Shown one piece after another: positions 1 through 8,855 of a DNA stretch of 37,480 bases (position 1 is its first letter; every line of letters begins with the position of its first letter). The translations under genes were made by a program, and so were the position numbers. The notes beneath the pieces were generated by a model. It was given only the letters and a program-made list of their open reading frames with translations, made no database searches and was not told the DNA's origin. The DNA comes from Verrucomicrobiota bacterium (GTDB lineage Bacteria > Verrucomicrobiota > Lentisphaeria > Lentisphaerales > Lentisphaeraceae), in NCBI GenBank assembly GCA_039798785.1, contig JBDKFG010000056.1, positions 1 to 37,480 on the forward strand, written 5' to 3'.

Positions 1-105
1 AGCGGCCTTCTTGGCAGGAGCAGCGGCCTTCTTGGCAGGAGCAGCGGCCTTCTTGGCAGGAGCAGCGGCCTTCTTGGCAGGAGCAGCGGCCTTCTTGGCG
101 GGAGC
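1..105. repeat. 21-bp tandem repeat, at least 5 copies, encoding (PAKKAAA)n in SucD
   Basis: AGCGGCCTTCTTGGCAGGAGC at 1-21, 22-42, 43-63, 64-84 and 85-105 (last copy has one mismatch). The array reaches the window edge. Confidence 0.97.
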
Positions 106-1005
106 CTTCTTCTCGAGCTTGGCGAAGAGCTCGGTCATGGCGGCGCCGATGTCCGAGGGAGACTTGACCATCTTCAGGCCGCACTTGGCGAGGTAGTCGG
201 ACTTCTGGACGGCGGTGCGGTCACCACCACCGACGATGGCGCCGGCGTGGCCCATGCGGCGGCCGGGAGGAGCCGATTGACCGGCGATGAAGCCGACGAC
301 AGGCTTCTTATAATTGGCCTTGAGCCACTCGGCCGCGGTTTCTTCAGCGTCGCCGCCGATTTCACCGATGAAGACCAGACCTTCGGTCTTGGGGTCGGCA
401 GCGAAGAGCTTGACGACGTCGAGGAATTGCGAACCGTTGATCGGGTCGCCACCGATGCCGACGCAGGTCGACTCGCCGAGGCCGGCTTTGGTGAGCTGGT
501 CGACGGCTTCATAGGTGAGGGTGCCGGAGCGCGACACGACGCCGATCTTCCCGGGCTTGTGGATGAAGCCGGGCATGATGCCGATCTTGCCGATGCCGGG
601 AGTGATGACGCCGGGGCAGTTGGGGCCGACGATGGTGACGTCTTTGCCCTTGATGGCGGCCTTGACTTTCATCATGTCGAGAACGGGGATGCCTTCGGTG
701 ATGACGATGACCAGCTTGATGCCGGCGTCGACCGCTTCGATGATCGAGTCGGCGGCGAAGGGAGGGGGGACGAAGATGCAAGAGGTGTTGCACTTGGTCT
801 TCTTGATTGCTTCAGCAACCGAATCAAAGACCGGCAGGCCTTCGACTTCAGTACCGCCCTTGCCGGGGGTGACGCCGCCGACGAAGAAGCCGGGGTTCTT
901 CACTTCATGGGCGTATTCTTTCATCAGCTTGGCGTGAAGGGCACCGGTCTTGCCGGTGATGCCCTGGATGATGACTTTGGTGGATTTGTCGACGAGAATA
1001 GACAT
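1..1005 (-). CDS. sucD: Succinyl-CoA synthetase alpha subunit with C-terminal Lys/Ala/Pro repeat extension; 3' end runs off the window
   Basis: Not in the ORF track because it has no stop inside the window. Manual translation from ATG at 1005: [21 protein letters not shown]...[11 protein letters not shown]...[11 protein letters not shown]...GIGGDP...RMGHAGAI (active-site His). Lies directly downstream of sucC. Confidence 0.95.
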   Translation of the reverse strand, partial: MSILVDKSTKVIIQGITGKTGALHAKLMKEYAHEVKNPGFFVGGVTPGKGGTEVEGLPVFDSVAEAIKKTKCNTSCIFVPPPFAADSIIEAVDAGIKLVIVITEGIPVLDMMKVKAAIKGKDVTIVGPNCPGVITPGIGKIGIMPGFIHKPGKIGVVSRSGTLTYEAVDQLTKAGLGESTCVGIGGDPINGSQFLDVVKLFAADPKTEGLVFIGEIGGDAEETAAEWLKANYKKPVVGFIAGQSAPPGRRMGHAGAIVGGGDRTAVQKSDYLAKCGLKMVKSPSDIGAAMTELFAKLEKKAPAKKAAAPAKKAAAPAKKAAAPAKKAAAPAKKAA

Positions 1006-1023
1006 ATGGGGCTCCTTGAAATC

Positions 1024-2295
1024 TTAGGCTTTGGCCGCGGCGGCGACGGCTTTCTTGGCGCCGTCGTTGAGGTCGTCGGCGGGGATGAGCTTGAGGCCGG
1101 ACTTCTTGAGAATGTCCTTGGCAAGCTCGGAGTTGGTGCCGGCGAGGCGGACGACGACGGGCATCTTGAAGCCGGGGATCTTGTTGACTGCTTCGACGAC
1201 GCCGTTGGCGACGCGGTCGCAGAGGACGATGCCGCCGAAGACGTTGATCAGGACGACCTTGACCTTGGGGTCCTTCATCAGGATGCGGAAGGCCTTTTCG
1301 ACGCGCTCGGCGTTGGCGGTGCCGCCGACGTCGAGGAAGTTGGCGGGTTCGCCGCCGTAGAGCTTGATGGTGTCCATGGTGGCCATGGCGAGGCCGGCGC
1401 CGTTGACCATGCAGCCGATCGAGCCGTCGAGCTTGACGTAGTTGAGATCAGCTTCGGTGGCTTCGACTTCGAGGGGGTTTTCCTCTTCCTTGTCGCGCAT
1501 GGCGGCGATCTCAGGCTGGCGGAAGAGAGCGTTGTCATCGAAGTTCAGCTTGCCGTCGATGGCGTAGTAGTTGCCGGCGTCGGTCTTGACGAGGGGGTTG
1601 ACTTCAACGATGGAGGCGTCCTTCTCGAGGAAGAGCTTGTAGAGCTTCTCGGCGATGGCGGAAACCTTCTTGGCGTCGTCACCGGTGAGACCGAGGGCGC
1701 TCGCGACGCGGCGGCCATAGACGGGCCACCAGCCGCTGGCGGGGTTGATTGCGATCTTGGCGACCTTCTCGGGGTGGTGCTCGGCGACTTCTTCGATGTC
1801 CATGCCGCCTTCGCTGGAGGCGATGATGAAGGGGCACTGGCCCTTGCGGTCCATGACGATGGCCAGGTAGTATTCCTTGGCGATGTTCAGGCCGGGGACG
1901 ACGAGGACCTTGTTGATCTTGACGCCGGCTTCACCGGTCTGCTTGGTGACGAGGGTCTTGCCGAGGAGGACTTCAGTGAAGCCGACGGCGCCTTCGATGC
2001 TGGGGCGGAAGAGGACGCCGCCGGCCTTCTTGCCGTCTTTGGCGAGCTTCTTGCCATCGCGGTCGAGCTGTTCGCCCTTGGCGTTGAAGACATCGCCTTT
2101 GCCGCGGCCGCCGGCGTGAACCTGGGCTTTGACGACGAAGCCGTCGACATCAGGATGCTGGGCTTTGGGGTAGAGGGCGGCGAGTTCTTTGAGTTTCGCT
2201 TCGAGGCCCTGGACGGATTCGACGGTGACGCCTTCGGTGACGGGGATGCCATAAGCCTTGAACAGACTGCGGGCTTGGTATTCGTGGATAACCAT
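1024..2295 (-). CDS. sucC: Succinyl-CoA synthetase beta subunit
   Basis: [67 protein letters not shown] and [10 protein letters not shown] motifs. Confidence 0.97.
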   Translation of the reverse strand: MVIHEYQARSLFKAYGIPVTEGVTVESVQGLEAKLKELAALYPKAQHPDVDGFVVKAQVHAGGRGKGDVFNAKGEQLDRDGKKLAKDGKKAGGVLFRPSIEGAVGFTEVLLGKTLVTKQTGEAGVKINKVLVVPGLNIAKEYYLAIVMDRKGQCPFIIASSEGGMDIEEVAEHHPEKVAKIAINPASGWWPVYGRRVASALGLTGDDAKKVSAIAEKLYKLFLEKDASIVEVNPLVKTDAGNYYAIDGKLNFDDNALFRQPEIAAMRDKEEENPLEVEATEADLNYVKLDGSIGCMVNGAGLAMATMDTIKLYGGEPANFLDVGGTANAERVEKAFRILMKDPKVKVVLINVFGGIVLCDRVANGVVEAVNKIPGFKMPVVVRLAGTNSELAKDILKKSGLKLIPADDLNDGAKKAVAAAAKA

Positions 2296-2415
2296 GTTCT
2301 ATCGCTCTCCTTGTGTGCTTGGGAAAAGACCACCGAAGATAATGCGCCTCAGCGGCGGCGCTATGGTGACCGAAAAAAAATCATTGCGCTTTGAGAACAC
2401 TGTTTCCGCCCCACT

Positions 2416-2482
2416 CGTATCCAAAGACAATCATTTTTGACCTTCGCTCCTGCTGCTCGACCCCATGCGGGTCGCACATGGT
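2416..2482. repeat. Dispersed ~66-bp REP-like repeat, copy 1 (copy 2 at 34138-34203)
   Basis: CGTATCCA..GACAATCATTTTTGAYCTTCGCTCCTGCTGCTCGACCCCATGCGGGTCGCACATGGT is near-identical at both sites and contains the palindrome CGACCC-CATGC-GGGTCG. Confidence 0.85.
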
Positions 2483-2707
2483 TTCCGCCACGTCCCCGAC
2501 CTGCGTTGTCGACATGGCCGTCGCGACACTGGCTCCGGGATCGGCCGACCCGACGCGCCGTGCTCGGCCCTGCGCCGGCGACTCCGACAAAGGTCCATAA
2601 CCTAGGTCTACATCGAGTCAATCTTAGCTTCCCAGACTCTGTCCTAGGAGCTGGAAGTCTGGCATCGAGCTTCTAGGATGCCGGGAACCATCCCCAAGGA
2701 GACTCCC

Positions 2708-3364
2708 ATGGACGCCCAGAAGATCAACCAGCAGTTCCGCAACAGTCACCCTCTCGACATCGTCCGCTGGGCCGTCGACCAGGCCATCCTGCGTGGCGGC
2801 CCCGTCATCGTCTCGACCAACTTCCGCCCCCTCGAAGCGGTGATCCTCGACCTCTGCGTCCGTGCCAAGCCCGACATGGCGGTGCTCTGGGCCGACAGCG
2901 GCTACATGATGGAAGAGACCTACCGTTTTGCCGACAAGCTCGAAAAACAGCTCAAGCTCAACCTCCAGGTCTTCAACCCCTTGATGACCGCCGCCCGCCG
3001 CGATGCGCTCTTCGGCCCGGTACCGCTGCTGCCCGAAAACCCGACACCGGAAGAGGATGCCGCCGTCCACGCCTTCTCCGAACAAGTCAAGCTCGAACCC
3101 TTCCGCCGCGGACTTGCCGCCCTCAAGCCCGCAGTCTGGATCACCGGCCTGCGCCGCGAACAAAATCCCTTCCGCCAGACCCTGGACATCATCAGCGACG
3201 AGAACGGGCTTCTCAAGGTCAATCCCGTCTTCGAGTGGAGCGAGGCCCAGATGGAGGCGTATCTCAAAGAGCGGGGGCTGCCCGACGAAAAACGTTATTT
3301 CGACGCCGCCAAAGCCAATGAGAAGCGTGAATGCGGCCTGCACAAACCCGGCTTCCTCAAGTAA
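2708..3364 (+). CDS. cysH: Phosphoadenosine phosphosulfate (PAPS/APS) reductase
   Basis: WADSGY, WITGLRREQ, KVNPVFEWS and C-terminal ECGLH motifs. AAGGAG RBS precedes ATG 2708. No CC/CxxC Fe-S cysteines. Confidence 0.88.
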   Translation: MDAQKINQQFRNSHPLDIVRWAVDQAILRGGPVIVSTNFRPLEAVILDLCVRAKPDMAVLWADSGYMMEETYRFADKLEKQLKLNLQVFNPLMTAARRDALFGPVPLLPENPTPEEDAAVHAFSEQVKLEPFRRGLAALKPAVWITGLRREQNPFRQTLDIISDENGLLKVNPVFEWSEAQMEAYLKERGLPDEKRYFDAAKANEKRECGLHKPGFLK

Positions 3365-3388
3365 AATCAAAAAACTTTCCGAATCGAC

Positions 3389-3416
3389 TTGCCGCTTGAA
3401 GAATGCGGTATAACAT
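3389..3416 (+). promoter_or_regulatory. Putative sigma70 promoter for rpmE
   Basis: TTGCCG-16 bp-TAACAT, 40 bp upstream of the rpmE ATG. Confidence 0.35.
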
Positions 3417-3456
3417 ACGCGGCCCAATCACCGCCTGAAATCAAAAGGTTCAAAAC

Positions 3457-3681
3457 ATGCAAGCTGAAATCCACCCCGAATACCACCCCGCGACCGTCAC
3501 CTGCGCCTGCGGCACCGTCTGGGAAACCCGCTCCACTCGCAAACAGGCCCGCGTCGGCATCTGCTCCAAGTGCCACCCCTTCTACACCGGCAACAGCCGC
3601 AGCGCCGACTTGGAAGGTCGTATCGACGCCTTCAACCGCCGCTACGCCAAGGCCGCCCCCAAGGCTGCCGCCAAGAAGTGA
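3457..3681 (+). CDS. rpmE: 50S ribosomal protein L31, Zn-binding type
   Basis: IHPEY, CACG, CSKCHPFYTG and GRIDAFNRRY motifs. The rpmE-prfA neighbourhood is typical. Confidence 0.96.
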   Translation: MQAEIHPEYHPATVTCACGTVWETRSTRKQARVGICSKCHPFYTGNSRSADLEGRIDAFNRRYAKAAPKAAAKK

Positions 3682-3708
3682 TCCTTCCGGTCGCTCTCTC
3701 ACACAAGG

Positions 3709-3739
3709 TCCGCCGCAACCCGGCGGATTTTGTTGTTTT
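3709..3739 (+). terminator. Intrinsic terminator after rpmE
   Basis: Hairpin TCCGCCG-CAACC-CGGCGGA followed by TTTTGTTGTTTT. Confidence 0.7.
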
Positions 3740-3823
3740 CGGAGCGGGACGGATTGGATGACGGAGCGACTGAGCTTAGCACCATCCCCCCAAACGCAAT
3801 ACCAAAGCCCTCCACGCCCGCCC

Positions 3824-4921
3824 ATGGATCTACTCCAGCGCCTCGCCAGCCGCATCGGCCAGATGGAAAGCCGCCACCGTCAGGTGGAGGCCCTGCTGTC
3901 GTCGCCGGAGGCCATCGGCTCGCGCCAGCAGTTCAGCGAGCTCACCCGCGAACACCTGCGTCTCGGACAGGCACTGAACACCCACGCCCGGCTGCTCCAG
4001 GCTCGCCAGGACCTGGCCCAGGCCCGCGAAATGGCGTCCAGCGATCCGGAAATGGCCGAGATGGCCCGCGATGAAATCGCCGCCCTGGAGGAAGAGATCC
4101 CGCAGCTCGAAAGCCGCCTCAAGACCTTTGTCGCTCCGCCCGATCCGGCCGATTCGCGCGACTGCATCATCGAGATCCGTCCCGCTGCCGGCGGCGACGA
4201 AGCGGGCCTCTTCGCCGAGGAGATGTCGCGCATGTACATGAACTACGCCGCCGCCAAAGGCTGGCGCTGCGAAGTCCTCGAGCATAGCGCCAGCGATCTG
4301 GGGGGGCTGAAGTCGATCGCCTTCTCGGTCAAGGGCCAGGACGTCTTCAAGGAGATGGGCATGGAGTCCGGCGTCCATCGCGTCCAACGCGTCCCGACCA
4401 CCGAGACCCAGGGCCGCATCCATACTTCCACCGTCACCGTCGCCGTCCTCCCCGAGGCCGAGGAAATCGACGTCAAGCTCGATCCGGACGACTTGAAGAT
4501 CGAGACCACGCGATCCTCCGGCGCCGGTGGTCAACATGTGAACAAGACCGATTCGGCGGTGCGCATCACCCACATCCCCACCGGCACCGTCGTCTTCTGC
4601 CAGGCCGGACGCTCGCAGCACAGCAACAAGGATCTGGCAATGCAGATCCTGCGCTCGCGGCTCCTCGAGCAGCGGATCCTCGCCGAAAGGGCGCGACTGT
4701 CCCATGCCCGCCTCGACCAGATCGGCAGCGGCGAACGCTCGGAACGCATCCGCACCTACAACTTCCCGCAATCCCGCTGCACCGACCACCGCTACGGCAT
4801 CACCCGCCATGATCTCGGCGCCATCGTCTCCGGCTCCTTGGGGCCCCTGCTTGAGCAGATCCTCGCCATCGAGGCGGAACGCCGCCTCGAAGCCGAACTC
4901 GGCCAGCCCGGCATCTCCTAA
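3824..4921 (+). CDS. prfA: Peptide chain release factor 1
   Basis: ESGVHRVQRVPTTETQGRIHTS (PxT anticodon mimic of RF1), GAGGQHVNKTDSAVR (GGQ) and RSERIRTYNFPQ. Start at the internal ATG (MDLLQRL) of ORF 3389..4921. Confidence 0.95.
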   Translation: MDLLQRLASRIGQMESRHRQVEALLSSPEAIGSRQQFSELTREHLRLGQALNTHARLLQARQDLAQAREMASSDPEMAEMARDEIAALEEEIPQLESRLKTFVAPPDPADSRDCIIEIRPAAGGDEAGLFAEEMSRMYMNYAAAKGWRCEVLEHSASDLGGLKSIAFSVKGQDVFKEMGMESGVHRVQRVPTTETQGRIHTSTVTVAVLPEAEEIDVKLDPDDLKIETTRSSGAGGQHVNKTDSAVRITHIPTGTVVFCQAGRSQHSNKDLAMQILRSRLLEQRILAERARLSHARLDQIGSGERSERIRTYNFPQSRCTDHRYGITRHDLGAIVSGSLGPLLEQILAIEAERRLEAELGQPGIS

Positions 4922-4924
4922 GCG

Positions 4925-4957
4925 AAAAAAGCCCGGTCTTGCGACCGGGCTCAAAAA
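4925..4957 (-). terminator. Intrinsic terminator for rnpB, between convergent prfA and rnpB
   Basis: AAAAAA-GCCCGGTC-TTGC-GACCGGGC. On the minus strand this is an 8-bp stem with a GCAA loop followed by U6. Confidence 0.8.
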
Positions 4958-4964
4958 CTAAAAG

Positions 4965-5330
4965 ACCGACGACAGGTATAAGCCGGATTCTGTGCCTCCT
5001 TGCGGAGCGGCTACCATTTGACTATGCGTCCAGTACCCGGGGCTATCTCCCTTGCGGGAATCGATGCGAGCCGCATCTTGCCCCCTATTTGGACTTGCAC
5101 CGGATGGGGTTTGCCCTGCCCCGCGGATCTCTCCGGCGGGCGGTGAGCTCTTACCTCACCTTTTCACCCTTACCTTCCCTCGCGGGAGCGGCGGTCTGAT
5201 TTCTGTGGCACTTTCCTTCCCTGGGCGTCTGGTCCCAGGTATCCTCTCTTTCGGGAGGACATCCCGCTCTGCGGTGTCCGGACTTTCCTCTCCCAACTTG
5301 CATTGGCAGCGGCAGCCCCCTGGCGTCGGC
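4965..5330 (-). ncRNA. rnpB: RNase P RNA, bacterial type A
   Basis: Minus strand carries GAGGAAAGTCCGGAC, GGAAAGTGCCACAGAAA, GGTAAGGGTGAAAAGGTGAGGTAAGAGCTCACC, GGCAAACCCCATCCGGTGCAAG and ACAGAATCCGGCTTA. P1 pairs GCCGACGCCAGG with CCTGTCGTCGGT. Confidence 0.97.
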
Positions 5331-5336
5331 GCGACA

Positions 5337-5364
5337 AGTCTAAGCTGTCAATCGCCAAGCGCAA
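5337..5364 (-). promoter_or_regulatory. Putative sigma70 promoter of rnpB
   Basis: Minus strand TTGCGC-16 bp-TAGACT, ending about 7 nt before the P1 5' end. Confidence 0.5.
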
Positions 5365-5378
5365 GCCCTCTCACACTC

Positions 5379-6563
5379 TCACAAAGGCGGCGGCAAGGCT
5401 GATCCTTCGCGCTGGTCGCGACGATACTGCGCCGGTGTCGTCCCCAGCTCCTTGTTGAAGACGGCGCTGAGATACTGCTCATGCGAATAGCCGGCGCGCA
5501 AAGCGATGTCGTGCAGACGCAGCTCGGTCCGGCATAGCAGGTCCTTGGCAGTGTCGAGGCGAACCCGACGGATCTCCTCATCGGCACTGCGCCCGATGGC
5601 CGCCCGGAAACGCTTGTCAAGTGTGCTGCGGCTGATCCGCAACTTATCGAGAATCCCGGCCACCTGAAGGCCGCTGCAGGCGCCTTGACGGATCATCCGC
5701 AGAGCCTCGGCGACTGCGGCGTCATCAACATAGATCAAGTCGCTCGACTGGCGCTTCACCACCCCGAGTGGAGGCATGCGGCGGAAAAGGGTTTCCGGCA
5801 GGCTCCCCTCCATCATCTCCTCCAAGGTCGCGGCGGCCTGCCTGCCGATCTGCCGGCACCCCTGCTCGACGCTGCTCAGCGGAGGATCGGCCAGATCGCA
5901 GATCACGTCGTTGTCGACACCAATCACCGCGACTTCGTCGGGCACCTTGAAGCCTAGACTGCGACAGGCCTCCAGAACCTGGCGGGCCCGGGCGTCGAAA
6001 CAGGCCATCACCCCGAGGGGGCGAGGCAGGGATTGCAACCAGGTGACAAGCTCGCGCTGGGTGCCTTCCCACTGCTCCTGACGAAGAAAGCTTCCTTTGA
6101 AAACCGGGCAGTCATACCCGTGCCCTGCGAGACGCTCGGCAAAACCCTCGGCACGCTCCTGCACCCAGGGATTGGTGCGGCTGCGCGGATAACCGCAAAA
6201 GGCGAAATGACGAAGGCCGCGCTCCAACAGATGCTCGGCTGCAAGACTGCCGATTCGGTGATTGTCAGTGGCAATGTAGGGAATGCCGCTGCCGGCATCG
6301 TAATCGCCTGCCCCGCCCCCAAGTCCGACCACGGGAATCTCCAGACCCGCCACCGCAGCTCCGATATCGCTGATGTCGAAGTTGACGATCAATCCATCAA
6401 AACCCCGCCCGCGCAACTCAGGAAGACGGCTCTGGGCAATCTCTTCGACAAAAACCAGCCAGTTGCGGCTCTCCCGGCACCATGAGGCAATCCCCTCGAG
6501 TATGCAACGGTCGTAATTGTTCCAGAGTTGAAGGATTATGGCGACTTTGCGGCGTGGAAGCAT
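5379..6563 (-). CDS. XylR-type transcriptional regulator (LacI-like sensor domain plus AraC HTH)
   Basis: Y.R.ILEGI, DNHRIGSLAAEHLLERG.RHFAF, LPRPLGVMAC.D..ARQVLEAC, VPDEVAVIGVDND, and a C-terminal AraC HTH (ISRSTLDKRF...IALRAGY...F.KELG.TP.QYR). Confidence 0.9.
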   Translation of the reverse strand: MLPRRKVAIILQLWNNYDRCILEGIASWCRESRNWLVFVEEIAQSRLPELRGRGFDGLIVNFDISDIGAAVAGLEIPVVGLGGGAGDYDAGSGIPYIATDNHRIGSLAAEHLLERGLRHFAFCGYPRSRTNPWVQERAEGFAERLAGHGYDCPVFKGSFLRQEQWEGTQRELVTWLQSLPRPLGVMACFDARARQVLEACRSLGFKVPDEVAVIGVDNDVICDLADPPLSSVEQGCRQIGRQAAATLEEMMEGSLPETLFRRMPPLGVVKRQSSDLIYVDDAAVAEALRMIRQGACSGLQVAGILDKLRISRSTLDKRFRAAIGRSADEEIRRVRLDTAKDLLCRTELRLHDIALRAGYSHEQYLSAVFNKELGTTPAQYRRDQREGSALPPPL

Positions 6564-6799
6564 AGGTCAACTCCTTACTCAGTCCTGCATCGGCTCATAA
6601 CTCAAGTTAGCCCACCAAACCCCCTCCGACTCTTGTGAAATCTTGCCAAAACCTTGCAAAATATCTCACAGATAAGACTGATCACGACGCGAAAAATAAA
6701 ATGATATCAAGATCATAAACATCAAATAATAAAAATGTGACAGAACTTGATTCCTCACTTGATACGCTCTAACTTAGCTTCAAGAACCGGAGCCCGTCG

Positions 6800-7720
6800 A
6801 TGATCTCCCCAACCCTTCTGCTCTGCAAATTTCTCCTTGCCACCGCTCCCGATGCCGCGCCGCAGAGTCCGGCGGGCGAGGTCGAATGGAAATGCGTCTG
6901 CGTTCTTCGCGATATGCTCAGCCCTCGGATCCGGGAGCGAGGCGGCAATCCCGAACGTCTGCTCCCAAGCCTCCGCAAGGGGCGAGAGGCTTTGACCGCC
7001 CTGCAAAAATCCGACGGATCCTGGAGCTCGGGGAAAGAGACCAGCCTGGCCGTGTTGGCGACCCTCACAACTCCGACCTTTATGGGCAATCCCCAGAGAC
7101 GTGAGTCCGTAATCCGCGCTCTCGGCCCTTTGTCAAAAGCTGGCCAGGACGAGGATGTCGAAACCCGGGCCTACCGGATCTGGGCGCTTTGCCAAGCTTA
7201 TGGATGGATCGGGAATTACAGTCTGGAGGACACGACCCTGGAAGAGCTTCGCGCCTTCATCAAGCTGCAGCGCGGCAACGGCGGTTTTGCGGCTTCCGCC
7301 CGGGAGGAAAGTGGGGTCAGACTCAGCCGGATCGGCCTGGAGGCCTTGGCATCGGGGCATTCTCTCTGGCCGCGTGAACCCGGCTTGGCCGAAGCCTTGC
7401 AGAAGACGCAAGAATTTATCGGCAAGGCGGCGCCGGAAAAAGACGAGGCATCGGGGCTGGAAACCTATTTGCGGGCGCGGCAAGCCTATCGCCAAGGAGG
7501 CCAGGCCTGGGCTGAGTGGCAGCGAGAAGGCGAAGACGAATTGTTGCGGACCCAGCAAAAAGACGGGCTCTGGACGGCGGCCCCCGGGGAGACGAATGTC
7601 GGAAGCACCGCCTTTGCCCTCCTCAGCCTCAGCCTGTACTTCGAAGTCTTGCCGGAGGCGCGGCGAGACAAGCCCGAAGAACAACCCAAGCCATTGCCCG
7701 AGGAAGAGGTCGTTTTGTAA
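6800..7720 (+). CDS. Secreted prenyltransferase/squalene-cyclase (QW)-repeat protein, paralog A
   Basis: Signal peptide followed by APDAAPQSPAGE. LQKSDGSW, LQRGNGGF and QQKDGLW repeats; GGQAWAEW; C-terminal STAFALLSLSLYF. Confidence 0.75.
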   Translation: MISPTLLLCKFLLATAPDAAPQSPAGEVEWKCVCVLRDMLSPRIRERGGNPERLLPSLRKGREALTALQKSDGSWSSGKETSLAVLATLTTPTFMGNPQRRESVIRALGPLSKAGQDEDVETRAYRIWALCQAYGWIGNYSLEDTTLEELRAFIKLQRGNGGFAASAREESGVRLSRIGLEALASGHSLWPREPGLAEALQKTQEFIGKAAPEKDEASGLETYLRARQAYRQGGQAWAEWQREGEDELLRTQQKDGLWTAAPGETNVGSTAFALLSLSLYFEVLPEARRDKPEEQPKPLPEEEVVL

Positions 7721-7745
7721 ATTGAAAGCCAAACCGGAGCCCGCG

Positions 7746-8855
7746 ATGAAAACCCTGATCCTCCTTCTCTCCAGCCTCTTCCTCCTCAGCGCCGCCGCCC
7801 CCGATGCCGCGCCGCTGAGTCCGGCGAGCGAGGTCAAGCCGGAGCTGAGCCCACCGCCAGCCAAGATCTACTTGCCGGGAACGGAAATTCCTCCCCCCAC
7901 CAGCAAGATGCAGGGCCGCCGCCTTTTCGGGCGGCTCGGTTTGATCTCCCTCTACGGAGGTAGCGTCAAGGGCCAGAGGAATCTCGATACCGCCTTGGAA
8001 TGGCTGGCGAAGTCGCAAAACCCCGATGGCTCCTGGGGAGCAAAAAATCCCGGGCGTCTCACGGCTCAGATCGCCCTGGTTTTTCGCGCTAGCAGCCACT
8101 TCCGGGACTCCAATCCTTACGGCAAAAACGTCGTAGCCGCCCTGACTTATTTGATCACTTCTTCTCCTGAGGATCGCGACACCCAGGCGCTCCGGATCTG
8201 TGCCCTCGCCGAGAATCAGATCGTCCGCCCCGACGAATCCCTGAGCCTTCCGCTTCAAAGCGCCCTCCGCAAATTGATCGAGGGAAAGGCGGAAACGGAC
8301 AGCGCCCAAACCCTGGCGGCCACCTGCCGCGCCTACGAAGTCGCCTATCAGGCCGGATGTCGCGAAGCCGGCCTGGTCGAGGCCTATCACGCCACCTTGA
8401 CACGCCTCAAGGCCCTGGCGCTGAGCCGCCCCGCCGATCCCGATAGTCGCGCCGCGATCTTTTATGCCTTGGCCGCCGCCGGATTGGCTTGGGGGGCAGA
8501 CGACAAGATCCTGCCGGAACTCGAGCCGCTCGCGCCGAAGTTCTTTCAGGAACTCATCAAATCCCCGGACTGGTCCCAGATCCCATCCCTCGGCACTTGT
8601 TCTCGCGCCACTTATGCCGCCTTCGAGCAAGGTGGCGACGAGTGGAGGAACTGCCGTCAGAAAATCGAGCCGACGCTGCGGAAGAACCAGCAAGCCGAGG
8701 GCTTCTGGAATCCGCCGGGAGTGCCGGAGCCGAGCCTGGACCAGCGCCTCGAAGCCACGGCCCTCGCCTGCCAGATGCTGGAAGTGTATTACGCCTACAA
8801 GCACAATCGTTTCATCAAGAAAGAAGCCGCAGCGGCCGCGGAGAAGAAGCGATGA
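7746..8855 (+). CDS. Secreted prenyltransferase/squalene-cyclase-repeat protein, paralog B
   Basis: MKTLILLLSSLFLLSAA signal followed by APDAAPLSPASE. ALEWLAKSQNPDGSW, GGDEWRN, NQQAEGFW, ACQMLEVYYAY. GGAG RBS. Confidence 0.8.
   Translation: MKTLILLLSSLFLLSAAAPDAAPLSPASEVKPELSPPPAKIYLPGTEIPPPTSKMQGRRLFGRLGLISLYGGSVKGQRNLDTALEWLAKSQNPDGSWGAKNPGRLTAQIALVFRASSHFRDSNPYGKNVVAALTYLITSSPEDRDTQALRICALAENQIVRPDESLSLPLQSALRKLIEGKAETDSAQTLAATCRAYEVAYQAGCREAGLVEAYHATLTRLKALALSRPADPDSRAAIFYALAAAGLAWGADDKILPELEPLAPKFFQELIKSPDWSQIPSLGTCSRATYAAFEQGGDEWRNCRQKIEPTLRKNQQAEGFWNPPGVPEPSLDQRLEATALACQMLEVYYAYKHNRFIKKEAAAAAEKKR

Noticed and set aside
247..2394. 715-aa plus-strand ORF
   Set aside because: Antisense shadow of sucC/sucD caused by high-GC codon bias; no recognisable motifs.
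2483..2700. Possible SAM riboswitch upstream of cysH (GGCCC...CCGGCGAC...AAGGTCC) and CCTAG-containing IR-like words
   Set aside because: The core SAM-I elements (AUC-AGAG, GAGGGA, GCAACC, GUGC-AA) are not convincingly present, and the CCTAG words have no matching partner or target duplication. An Infernal search would settle it.
3389..3823. N-terminal extension of the prfA ORF (510 aa), suggesting an L31-RF1 fusion or frameshift
   Set aside because: The extension is just an open alternative frame over rpmE. rpmE has its own stop and terminator, and RF1 homology begins at ATG 3824.
4939..5402. Small ORFs between prfA and xylR
   Set aside because: The region is fully explained by the RNase P RNA gene.
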